The notes beneath the pieces are model-generated. The model did not search any database. It was not told where the DNA came from and saw only the letters and a list, made by a program, of their open reading frames with translations. A program made the position numbers and the translations under genes. 64,000 nucleotides of DNA, from positions 48,385 to 112,384 of the forward strand of contig JAFXTH010000004.1 of the NCBI GenBank assembly GCA_017525035.1, in the 5' to 3' direction. Of this stretch, positions 19,018 to 27,872 are shown one piece after another. This DNA is from Bacilli bacterium. Its GTDB lineage: Bacteria > Bacillota_I > Bacilli_A > RF39 > UBA660. Positions within the stretch are counted from its first letter, which is position 1. Each line of letters starts with the position of its first letter.

Positions 19018-19041
19018 CCACTGTAATCAGTGGCTTTTTTG
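19018..19041 (+). terminator. Intrinsic terminator or attenuator between rpmH and rnpA (CCACTG-taat-CAGTGG followed by TTTTTTG).
   Basis: A perfect 6-bp GC-containing stem plus T-run immediately after the rpmH stop. Confidence 0.6.
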
Positions 19042-19056
19042 TTTCAAGAGGTGTAT

Positions 19057-19395
19057 ATGGATAAAATACATACAGTTAAACATAGTAGGGACTTCTCAAA
19101 TATCATTCATAATGGCAAATTTGTTAAGAATAATTTTTATGTCATATATTATAAGGATAATGGGTTAACAAATTACCGCTTTGGTATTTCTGTAAGTAAA
19201 AAACTAGGAAATTCTGTTCATAGAAATAAGTATAAAAGACAGATGCGTTTTATTATTGATAAATATAAAAAATCCTACCAAAATTCATTTGATTATATTA
19301 TAATAATTAGAGATGGGTTTATTAGTAATGATTTTACTTTAAAGGACAATAATTTTGTTTCTTTAATTGATAAAATAAATAATAATATAAGGTAA
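19057..19395 (+). CDS. rnpA: RNase P protein component.
   Basis: It lies downstream of rpmH. The product is basic (KKLGNSVHRNKYKRQMR), consistent with RnpA. The start was chosen at MDKIHTVK; the track start at 19030 is a possible alternative. Confidence 0.85.
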   Translation: MDKIHTVKHSRDFSNIIHNGKFVKNNFYVIYYKDNGLTNYRFGISVSKKLGNSVHRNKYKRQMRFIIDKYKKSYQNSFDYIIIIRDGFISNDFTLKDNNFVSLIDKINNNIR

Positions 19396-19404
19396 GGAGA
19401 AAGC

Positions 19405-20322
19405 ATGAAAAAGATCAATAAAAAATTAGTACTGCTTTTATTACTTGTATTTCTTGTAACAGGGTGTACTACTCAGTTAAAAGATGGTAATAATAAAGCA
19501 GTTCAAAATCCTACTACAGGACAAACATTAACAAAAAATATCTTATGTCAACCAGAAGATGAAGAAACAAGAGGATTATATTTAGCAAATAATATAAATA
19601 TTGAAGAAATGCCAAAATGTGAGAATTTTTCTCCAACAGATGGTGGATATGATGGTGTATGGTCTAGTTTAATTGTTAAGCCTCTTGCATGGCTAATTAT
19701 TAAGTTAGGTAGTTTAGTAAAAGATTATGGTTTAGGATTAATATTAACAAGTTTAATTATTAGATTAATTGCATTCCCATTAACAAGAAAGACAGCAATG
19801 CAATCTGAGTTAATGAAGAACGCAAAGCCAGAGCTTGATAAACTAGAAAAGAAATACGAAGGTAAAAAAGATCAAGAATCAATGATGAAGAAGTCAAATG
19901 AAATGGCTATGATTTATAGAAAATACAATATAAATCCAATAGCAGGATGTTTATTTGCACTAATACAAATTCCATTATTTATTGGTTTCTTAGAAGCTAT
20001 AAATAGGGTACCAGCAATATTTGAAGGAACTTTTGCAGGATTCCAATTAGGAACAACTCCTATGACTGGATATTCAAATGGTAATTTCATTTATTTGATA
20101 CTTACAGGAATAGTTGCAGCATCTACTTATTTCTCATTAAAGATGAATTCAGCATCTAACCCAGATAATGATCAAATGAAGATGATGGGTAGAATAATGT
20201 TCTTTATGATTTTAATAACATCAATCTTTATGACTTCAGCATTGAATATATATTGGATTACTACTAACTTATTCACAGTAGTACAAAATATATTAGTTAA
20301 AAGACAGAAAGAGAAGGTATAA
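19405..20322 (+). CDS. yidC: Membrane protein insertase YidC/SpoIIIJ (lipoprotein type).
   Basis: It has a lipobox (LVTGCTT) and multi-TM segments consistent with the YidC/Oxa1 core. It sits in the rnpA-yidC-jag arrangement. Confidence 0.85.
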   Translation: MKKINKKLVLLLLLVFLVTGCTTQLKDGNNKAVQNPTTGQTLTKNILCQPEDEETRGLYLANNINIEEMPKCENFSPTDGGYDGVWSSLIVKPLAWLIIKLGSLVKDYGLGLILTSLIIRLIAFPLTRKTAMQSELMKNAKPELDKLEKKYEGKKDQESMMKKSNEMAMIYRKYNINPIAGCLFALIQIPLFIGFLEAINRVPAIFEGTFAGFQLGTTPMTGYSNGNFIYLILTGIVAASTYFSLKMNSASNPDNDQMKMMGRIMFFMILITSIFMTSALNIYWITTNLFTVVQNILVKRQKEKV

Positions 20323-20325
20323 AAG

Positions 20326-20937
20326 ATGGAGAAGTACGTATTTTCTGGTAAGACAGAAGAAGAAGCATTAGAAGCAGCATTAAGTGAATTAAATGTTGAA
20401 AAGAAAGACATCTTATATGATGCTAAAGAACAAAAAGGTGGATTATTCAAAGGAAAGAAAGTAGAAATCTCTGTTACAAAGAAATCTGATATTAATGAAT
20501 ATATTAAGAGTGTAGTACTTAAAATAGTTACAGATATGGGATTTGATGCAAAGATTGAAACTAAAGTACGTGACGATATATTAAATTTAACAATATATAG
20601 TGATAATAATAACTTACTAATTGGTAGAGATGGAAAGAACATGAATGCTTTATCAACAATAGTAAAACAAATCATTCAAAGTGAACTTGGAATGTACTAC
20701 AAATTTAATCTAGATGTTGGAGAATATAAATTAAAACAACAAAAGAATTTAGAAAGAATGGCAAAACGAATTGCAAGAGAAGTTGCAAAAAGTAAGGTTG
20801 AAGTTAAGCTTGACCCAATGAATTCTTATGAAAGAAGAATAGTTCATAACATCTTAAACGATGATAGATATGTATACACTGAAAGTGTTGGGGAAGAACC
20901 AAACAGATGTGTAGTAATAAAAATAAGAAATGATTAA
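20326..20937 (+). CDS. jag: Jag/KhpB RNA-binding protein (KH and R3H domains).
   Basis: The 203-aa product lies downstream of yidC and has a C-terminal R3H-like region (ERRIVHNILNDD). Confidence 0.8.
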   Translation: MEKYVFSGKTEEEALEAALSELNVEKKDILYDAKEQKGGLFKGKKVEISVTKKSDINEYIKSVVLKIVTDMGFDAKIETKVRDDILNLTIYSDNNNLLIGRDGKNMNALSTIVKQIIQSELGMYYKFNLDVGEYKLKQQKNLERMAKRIAREVAKSKVEVKLDPMNSYERRIVHNILNDDRYVYTESVGEEPNRCVVIKIRND

Positions 20938-20965
20938 GGACTTATGTCCTTTTTCTTTTTTTTTA
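20937..20965 (+). terminator. Intrinsic terminator after jag (AGGAC-ttat-GTCCT plus a long T-run).
   Basis: Read directly from the sequence. Confidence 0.6.
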
Positions 20966-20975
20966 TAAATAAATG

Positions 20976-20992
20976 TGCTATAATTTCACGTG
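20976..20992 (+). promoter_or_regulatory. Extended -10 (TGcTATAAT, 20976-20984) for mnmE, followed immediately by TTTCACGTG, a half-copy of motif A.
   Basis: Read directly from the sequence. It is the only other occurrence of the motif-A core outside the tadA/dnaX region. Confidence 0.45.
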
Positions 20993-21007
20993 TTAGGAAG
21001 TGGTATC

Positions 21008-22360
21008 GTGAATGATATTATTGTTGCTATTTCAACAGCTTTAGGTAAAGGTGCAATTTCTATTGTAAGATTATCAGGTGAAGGATGTATTGATTTAGTA
21101 AATAAATGCTTTAAAGGAAAAAATTTAACTAAAGTTGATAGTCATACAATCAATTATGGTTTTATTGTTGATAATGATACAATTATCGATCAAGTTCTAA
21201 TTAGTGTTATGAAAGCACCAAAAACATACACTAGAGAGGATGTTGTCGAAATAAATTGTCATGGTGGTATTGCTGCAACTAATAAAATACTTGAATTAAT
21301 GGTATTAAATGGTGCAAGACTTGCCGAACCAGGTGAGTTTACTAAACGTGCATTTTTAAATGGAAGAATAGATTTAGTAGAAGCTGAAGCTGTAATGGAT
21401 TTGATTAATTCAAAAACAGAAAAGGCTAGAATACAGTCAGTTAACCAATTAGAAGGAAGACTAACAAGCGTAATTAGAAAATTTAGACAAGAATTACTTG
21501 AACTTCTTGCAAATGTTGAAGTTAATATAGATTATCCTGAATATGAAGATATTGAAGTTGTTACTATAGATAACATTAAAGATAGAGTAGGTGTAATGAA
21601 GAATAACCTTACTGAAATAATTAAAGAAAGTGAAAACAGAAAAATCATTAAAGATGGTATTAATGTTGCTATAGTAGGAAGACCAAATGTAGGGAAAAGT
21701 AGTATTTTAAATAAACTTCTTGGAGAAAACAAAGCAATAGTTACTGATATTGCAGGAACAACAAGAGATATAGTAGAAGGAAGTATAACATTAAATGGTA
21801 TATTGTTAAATTTTATAGATACAGCGGGAGTAAGAGATACTTTAGATGTAATAGAACAAGTAGGTGTAGAAAAAAGCTTTGAACAAATTGAAAAATCTGA
21901 TTTAGTAATACTTGTTCTTAACAACAATGAAGAAATAACTAAAGATGATGAAGTTTTAATAGATAAAGTTAAAACTAAAAAATATATTACTGTTATTAAC
22001 AAAAAAGACTTAGATAAGAAACTTGATATATCTAAATATGACTTAGAAAATGTTATATATACTGATACATTATCAGTTGATGGAATAGAATCATTAAAGA
22101 GTAAGATTATTGAACTATTTAATCTTGATGAAATAGATAATAATGTTGATATATTTACTAATACAAGACAAATAACACTTGCAAAAGAAGCATTAAATGT
22201 ACTTAGCGATGTTGAAACAGGTATTAATAATGATGTGCCAGTAGATATGGTATCTATTGATATTAAAAGAATATGGACTCTTCTTGGAGAAATTCTTGGA
22301 GAAAATTATAGTGATGAATTAATTGATCAATTATTCAGTCAGTTCTGTTTAGGAAAGTAG
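21008..22360 (+). CDS. mnmE: tRNA modification GTPase MnmE.
   Basis: The N-terminus NDIIVAISTALGKGAISIVRLSG is typical, the G-domain has GRPNVGKSS and DTAG, and the C-terminus ends in the CxGK motif (CLGK). GTG 21008 with AGGAAG upstream was preferred over the track start at 20990. Confidence 0.9.
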   Translation: MNDIIVAISTALGKGAISIVRLSGEGCIDLVNKCFKGKNLTKVDSHTINYGFIVDNDTIIDQVLISVMKAPKTYTREDVVEINCHGGIAATNKILELMVLNGARLAEPGEFTKRAFLNGRIDLVEAEAVMDLINSKTEKARIQSVNQLEGRLTSVIRKFRQELLELLANVEVNIDYPEYEDIEVVTIDNIKDRVGVMKNNLTEIIKESENRKIIKDGINVAIVGRPNVGKSSILNKLLGENKAIVTDIAGTTRDIVEGSITLNGILLNFIDTAGVRDTLDVIEQVGVEKSFEQIEKSDLVILVLNNNEEITKDDEVLIDKVKTKKYITVINKKDLDKKLDISKYDLENVIYTDTLSVDGIESLKSKIIELFNLDEIDNNVDIFTNTRQITLAKEALNVLSDVETGINNDVPVDMVSIDIKRIWTLLGEILGENYSDELIDQLFSQFCLGK

Positions 22361-22378
22361 TTACTACTTTCTTTTTTA
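22353..22378 (+). terminator. Intrinsic terminator after mnmE (GAAAGTAG-tta-CTACTTTC then TTTTTT).
   Basis: A perfect 8-bp stem overlapping the stop codon, followed by a T-run. Confidence 0.6.
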
Positions 22379-22411
22379 TGTTATACTTTTTATATTGAAA
22401 GAGGGATTAAT

Positions 22412-23500
22412 ATGAATGATGTAACTTCTTTTTTTAATAGAGAAATAAAAGAAAAAGATGCTATTTCTTTTTTAATTAATGGTAGAAAAAAGAATAATCA
22501 ATTTTATAATTATCTAACAAGAAAAATAATATCTCAATTAGAAGTTAGTTATCATTTATATCCAATTGGTCCTGCTTTGCTTGTTTATAATACTAAAAAT
22601 ATTCTCTCTCCAATATTTGAGGATAAAGATCCTTATGTGCTAAGTAAGATAGATAAACTTGATAAAGATAATAAAGATCATTTAGTATTCTCAAAAGCAT
22701 ATACAGATAAATTATCTATGCGCTGGGAATATAATATTTCTTTAGAAGAATTTAAAGAAAAAATAAGCAAATATCTAACAAAAGAGCAAAATGAGCAGGT
22801 AAAAGGACATTATAAAAATTTAAAGAAATGGATAGAAATAACTATTACAAATAAATTAAATAGCATGCCAAATATAGAAATAGAAAAACAAATATATATA
22901 AAATGTTTTGATAATTATATGAAATCAACTAATGAATTTAAAAAATATATAGAATATTTAAAAAAAGATATAATATCAAATTATAAAGTATATCAAATAA
23001 TATTCACACATGATTTCAAAAGAGCTAGATTATTGGAAATAATACACTATATAAGGGAAAAAATTATAAGTGACATGCTAATAAAATATGATAACAACTA
23101 TAGAAAATATGATCTAACCACATTAACTAATAATAAATTCTTTAAAGCAACAGTAAAACCAAATCAAATAGTTAGTAGTTTAATTGCATTAGATAATGAA
23201 TATGAATCGGCAAAGAAAATAAATAATACAGAGAAGTATATTGAAGCAGTAACTATAATTTTCCAAAAGTTTATAAAAATACATCCATATAAAGATGGAA
23301 ATGGAAGAACATCTAGATTATTACTAGATATAATGCTTTTAAATAAGGATATTTTTCCACCAATTTTATATGATACAAATTATGATAGAGCTAACTTAGA
23401 TACACCAAGCCACGAGTATACATTACATAATAATGAAAAACCAATAATAGAGTTCATTAAAAATAGAATTAAAATTACAAATAAAGAATATATAAAATAA
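22412..23500 (+). CDS. Fic/DOC-family protein (putative AMPylation/adenylyltransferase domain).
   Basis: The Fic motif HPYKDGNGRTSRLL matches the consensus HPFx(D/E)GNGR. Confidence 0.7.
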   Translation: MNDVTSFFNREIKEKDAISFLINGRKKNNQFYNYLTRKIISQLEVSYHLYPIGPALLVYNTKNILSPIFEDKDPYVLSKIDKLDKDNKDHLVFSKAYTDKLSMRWEYNISLEEFKEKISKYLTKEQNEQVKGHYKNLKKWIEITITNKLNSMPNIEIEKQIYIKCFDNYMKSTNEFKKYIEYLKKDIISNYKVYQIIFTHDFKRARLLEIIHYIREKIISDMLIKYDNNYRKYDLTTLTNNKFFKATVKPNQIVSSLIALDNEYESAKKINNTEKYIEAVTIIFQKFIKIHPYKDGNGRTSRLLLDIMLLNKDIFPPILYDTNYDRANLDTPSHEYTLHNNEKPIIEFIKNRIKITNKEYIK

Positions 23501-23594
23501 TCAAATAAATAATTGTGGTACATTGTGTAAAATGGCATAGTTTATTTGATTTTTTTATCTAAAAATAGTATTATTGTGTTTAGCGGTGGTTGAA

Positions 23595-26500
23595 ATGAAA
23601 TTATTAAACTTAGGATTAGATGTCGGTTCTACTACTGTTAAGCTAGTTGTTTTAGACAGTAAAAAGAATATATTATATAAGGAATATAGAAGACATTTTT
23701 CTGATACAAAGAAAACAATAGGAGATTTACTAGGGGAAGTTATTAAAAAGTATTCTAAAGATAAATTTACTATTACTATGACAGGAAGTGGAGCGCTTGC
23801 GCTTGCTAAGTTTTTGGATGTAAATTTTGTTCAAGAAGTAATTGCATGTAAAAATGCAATTTTTGAGTATGCAAAAGGAGTAGACGTTTGTATAGAACTT
23901 GGTGGAGAAGACGCTAAGATTATTTATTTTGATCATACTATAGAACAAAGAATGAATGGTACTTGCGCAGGAGGTACTGGATCTTTCTTGGATCAAATGG
24001 CGGTTTTATTAAATACTACTACAGAAGGACTTAATGAATATGCTAAAAAGGGTGAAACAATATATCCTATTGCATCAAGATGCGGTGTATTTGCTAAAAC
24101 AGATATTCAACCTTTATTAAATGAAGGAGCTAAAAAAGAAGATATAGCATTATCAATAATGCAAGCTGTTGTTAATCAAACGATAAGTGGACTTGCTTGT
24201 GGTAAACCAATCAAAGGTAATGTAATATTCTTAGGTGGACCATTAACATATTTATCAATGCTAAGAGAAAGATTTATAAAAACATTAAATCTTAAAGATG
24301 AAGAAATATATGCCCCAGAAGATGCTAATTTATTTGTGGCAATAGGAAGTGCTCTTGATACAGAAGAAAAGAAAGAATTTACTAATAAGGAATTAAGTAA
24401 ATTAAAAGAGAAATTAAATGAGTTCACAGAAAGTGAATCAGTAGATTTACCTGCATTATTTAAAGATGATAAAGAATATGCAAAATTTAAAAAGAGACAT
24501 TCTAAAGCATCAGTTAAAAGAAGAGATTTAGCAAAATATCATGGAGATATATTCTTAGGAATAGATGCAGGAAGCACAACCTGTAAGGTTGTTGCAATTA
24601 GCTCAAAAGGTGAACTTTTATATGAAAATTATAAGAGTAATAAAGGTACACCAGTTGATACTGTTAAAAATATGTTATTAGATTTTTATTCTAAATGTCC
24701 TAAAAACACAGTTATAAGACAATGCGGTTCTACAGGATATGGAGAGTTATTAATTAAAACAGCATTTAATTTAGACATTAGTGAAATAGAGACTATGGCT
24801 CATTTTGAAGCAGCAAGATATTTCTTAAAAGAAGTTGAAAGCATTATAGATATCGGTGGTCAAGATATGAAATATATCAAGATCAAAGATGGTTCAGTTA
24901 ATTCTATAATGCTTAATGAAGCTTGTTCGTCTGGATGTGGATCATTTATTGAGACATTAGCTAAAAGTCTTGAAATAAGCATAGATGATTTTGTTGATCT
25001 TGCCGTAAAAAGTAAAGCACCAATTGATTTAGGTAGTCGTTGTACGGTGTTTATGAATAGTAAAATTAAACAAACACAAAAAGAAGGTAGACCGCTTGGT
25101 GATATCTTTGCAGGTCTTTCTTATTCAGTAATTAGAAATGCTATTCAAAAAGTAATGAAAATAAGAGATATGGAAACTCTTGGATCTAAAATAGTTGTTC
25201 AAGGTGGTACATTCTTAAATGATGCAGTATTAAAAGCATTTGAAAATATTACAGGCAAAGAAGTAATAAGACCAGATGTAGCAGGATTAATGGGTGCTTA
25301 TGGAGTAGCATTAATCGCACTTGATAGTTATAAAAAGTATAAGGATAAAGATATAAAGAGTTCTATATTAAATGTAGACGAGATAAATAATCTAGAAATT
25401 AAAACATCTGTTGCAAGATGCCAAAGATGTGAAAACCATTGTGCTCTTACTATAAATAGATTTAATAAAAAAGCTTTTATTTCTGGTAATAGATGTGAAA
25501 GAGGTAGTGGTAACAATGGAAGTAATACAACTCTTCCAAATATGTATTCATGGAAATATGATAGACTATTTGGTTATGAACCACTAGATAATGCTCCTCG
25601 TGGAGAAATAGGAATACCAAGAGTACTTAATATGTATGAAAATTATCCATTATGGTTTACTATACTTACTAATTTAGGATTCAAAGTAGTATTATCAGAT
25701 CATTCAAATAGAAGAATTTATGAAAGCGGAATTGATTCAATACCTAGTGAATCAGTATGTTATCCAGCTAAATTAGTACATGGACATATGGTTAATTTAA
25801 TAGAGAAGGGTGTTAAAACAATTTTTTATCCATGTGTAATATTTGAGAAAGAAGAATTTAAAAACACAGATAATCATTATAACTGTCCAATAGTACAAAG
25901 TTATGGAGAATCCATAAAACTAAACTTAGAAGATTTAAAAAGTAAACACATTAAATATATAAATTCATTCTTACCTTTAGAAGAAAAAACATTAATCAAT
26001 TTATTCTTAAAACTTCCTGAATTTAAAGAATATAAATTTAATAAAAAAGAAGTTAAAGAAGCAGTACATAAAGGATTCTTAGAACAAGAAAAGTTTAAGG
26101 AAGATGTTAGAAAAAAGGGAGAGGAATTCTTAAAATACATTAATGATCATGATGAAAAAGCAATAGTACTTGCAGGAAGACCATATCACTTAGATAAGGA
26201 AGTAAATCATGGTATTGATACAATGATAAATTCTTTAGGTCTTGCTGTATTATCAGAAGATTCAATATGTCATTTAAGTAAATTAGAATCAAATTTGCGT
26301 GTAGTAAATCAATGGGAATATCATGCAAGAATATTCCATGCAGCTGATGTAGTATCACAATATGATAACATTGAACTTGTTAATCTAAACTCATTCGGAT
26401 GTGGACTTGACGCTATTATTACGGATCAGGCTGAAGAAATACTAAGATTTAACAATAAGTTATTTACTACAATAAAAATAGATGAAATAAATAATCTTGG

Positions 26501-27809
26501 AGCAGCGAAGATAAGAATTAGATCTTTGATTGCATCAATGAATAAAAGGATTGAAAGTAATAAATATTCTCCATATGAATATGAGAAGAATTATTTTAAG
26601 AAAAGTGATAAAGAACATATATTACTTCTTCCAGATATGACAGCATTCCATATGCCTTTACTTGAGTCAGTATTAAAAAGTTGTAAATATAAAGCAGTAT
26701 ATCTAAGAGAGACGACAGATAAGACTATTGAAACAGGACTTAAATATGTTAATAACGATGCATGTTATCCTGCAATAATAGTAACTGGTCAATTAATTGA
26801 GGCGTTACAAAGTGGTAAATATGATCTAGATAACACAAGTGTTATTATTACTCAAACTGGTGGAGGATGCCGTGCTACTAACTATATTGGATTAATTAGA
26901 AAAGCACTTAAAGATGCTGGTCTTGAAAAAGTTTCTATATTATCATTCAATTTAAGTGGAATGGAAAAAGAACAAGCATTCAAGATAACTCTTCCAATGG
27001 TTAATAAATTATTACAAGCGGTTGCATATGGTGATTTATTAATGAAACTTCTTTACTCAACAAGACCTTATGAAGTAAATAAAGGTGAAAGTAAGAAGTT
27101 ATATGATAAATGGAATGATATTTGTTATAAAGCAGTAACAAAGGGTAGCATTAGAGAATATAGAAAGAATGTTAAAGCGATTGTTAAAGATTTTGATAAC
27201 ATTAAGGTAAAATTAACAGATAAGCCTAAAGTTGGAATTGTTGGAGAAATCTTAATTAAGTATCATACTTTTGGGAATGATAATTTAGTTGATAAACTTG
27301 AAAAAGAAGGATCAGAAGTATGTGCTCCAGAATTAATGGGATTTGTTAAGTATTGTGCATTCGATAGTATCGCACGAGATAAATTGTTAAAGAAAAATTC
27401 ATTCTATTCATATGCTTGTAAAAAATTAATAAGCATTATTGGATTTTATGAAAAGCCAGTAAACAAAGCATTGGATAAGACAAGATTTAGAAAGACAACA
27501 GATATTTATAAATTATCTAAGAATGTTGAAGGTATTATATCTTTAGCAAACCAGACTGGTGAAGGTTGGTTCTTAACTGGTGAAATGATTGAATTTATTA
27601 AAGAAGGTATAAATAATATCGTCTGTGTTCAACCGTTCGCATGCCTTCCAAACCATATAGTGGGTAAGGCAGTTATAAAAAGAATTAGAGAACTTTACCC
27701 AAATAGTAACATAGTTGCAATAGACTATGATCCAGGTGCAAGTCATACTAATCAAGTTAACAGAATTAAGTTAATGTTAACTGTGGCAAAAGAAAAGCAA
27801 AAGAAATAG
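23595..27809 (+). CDS. Giant fusion protein with two BadF/BadG/BcrA/BcrD-type activator ATPase domains fused to a 2-hydroxyacyl-CoA-dehydratase (HgdB/D-component-like) domain. It is annotated in databases as a 'CoA-substrate-specific enzyme activase'.
   Basis: The two ATPase domains begin GLDVGSTTVKLVV and GIDAGSTTCKVVA. A Cys-rich linker follows (CQRCENHC, CERGSG), then about 700 aa of dehydratase-like sequence. The start was chosen at ATG 23595 after GGTGGT. Confidence 0.65.
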   Translation: MKLLNLGLDVGSTTVKLVVLDSKKNILYKEYRRHFSDTKKTIGDLLGEVIKKYSKDKFTITMTGSGALALAKFLDVNFVQEVIACKNAIFEYAKGVDVCIELGGEDAKIIYFDHTIEQRMNGTCAGGTGSFLDQMAVLLNTTTEGLNEYAKKGETIYPIASRCGVFAKTDIQPLLNEGAKKEDIALSIMQAVVNQTISGLACGKPIKGNVIFLGGPLTYLSMLRERFIKTLNLKDEEIYAPEDANLFVAIGSALDTEEKKEFTNKELSKLKEKLNEFTESESVDLPALFKDDKEYAKFKKRHSKASVKRRDLAKYHGDIFLGIDAGSTTCKVVAISSKGELLYENYKSNKGTPVDTVKNMLLDFYSKCPKNTVIRQCGSTGYGELLIKTAFNLDISEIETMAHFEAARYFLKEVESIIDIGGQDMKYIKIKDGSVNSIMLNEACSSGCGSFIETLAKSLEISIDDFVDLAVKSKAPIDLGSRCTVFMNSKIKQTQKEGRPLGDIFAGLSYSVIRNAIQKVMKIRDMETLGSKIVVQGGTFLNDAVLKAFENITGKEVIRPDVAGLMGAYGVALIALDSYKKYKDKDIKSSILNVDEINNLEIKTSVARCQRCENHCALTINRFNKKAFISGNRCERGSGNNGSNTTLPNMYSWKYDRLFGYEPLDNAPRGEIGIPRVLNMYENYPLWFTILTNLGFKVVLSDHSNRRIYESGIDSIPSESVCYPAKLVHGHMVNLIEKGVKTIFYPCVIFEKEEFKNTDNHYNCPIVQSYGESIKLNLEDLKSKHIKYINSFLPLEEKTLINLFLKLPEFKEYKFNKKEVKEAVHKGFLEQEKFKEDVRKKGEEFLKYINDHDEKAIVLAGRPYHLDKEVNHGIDTMINSLGLAVLSEDSICHLSKLESNLRVVNQWEYHARIFHAADVVSQYDNIELVNLNSFGCGLDAIITDQAEEILRFNNKLFTTIKIDEINNLGAAKIRIRSLIASMNKRIESNKYSPYEYEKNYFKKSDKEHILLLPDMTAFHMPLLESVLKSCKYKAVYLRETTDKTIETGLKYVNNDACYPAIIVTGQLIEALQSGKYDLDNTSVIITQTGGGCRATNYIGLIRKALKDAGLEKVSILSFNLSGMEKEQAFKITLPMVNKLLQAVAYGDLLMKLLYSTRPYEVNKGESKKLYDKWNDICYKAVTKGSIREYRKNVKAIVKDFDNIKVKLTDKPKVGIVGEILIKYHTFGNDNLVDKLEKEGSEVCAPELMGFVKYCAFDSIARDKLLKKNSFYSYACKKLISIIGFYEKPVNKALDKTRFRKTTDIYKLSKNVEGIISLANQTGEGWFLTGEMIEFIKEGINNIVCVQPFACLPNHIVGKAVIKRIRELYPNSNIVAIDYDPGASHTNQVNRIKLMLTVAKEKQKK

Positions 27810-27829
27810 AAATATTTCTTTTTTTTTAT
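27808..27829 (+). terminator. Intrinsic terminator (palindrome AGAAATATTTCT plus T9).
   Basis: Read directly from the sequence. Confidence 0.5.
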
Positions 27830-27872
27830 TATAATTTGTTATATAATACAATAGATTTTGGAAGTGATATTT

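Noticed and set aside
27858-27872. Upstream-extended starts offered by the ORF track for mnmG (27858 TTG), uvrB (60164 GTG), dusB (47036 GTG), ftsX (54087), ftsE (53411), the ClpC-like gene (50185), the activase fusion (23574), mnmE (20990) and dnaX (8794).
   Set aside because: In each case an internal ATG, GTG or TTG with a better-placed Shine-Dalgarno and a canonical family N-terminus lies a few codons downstream. The longer forms would place the ribosome-binding site inside the coding region.
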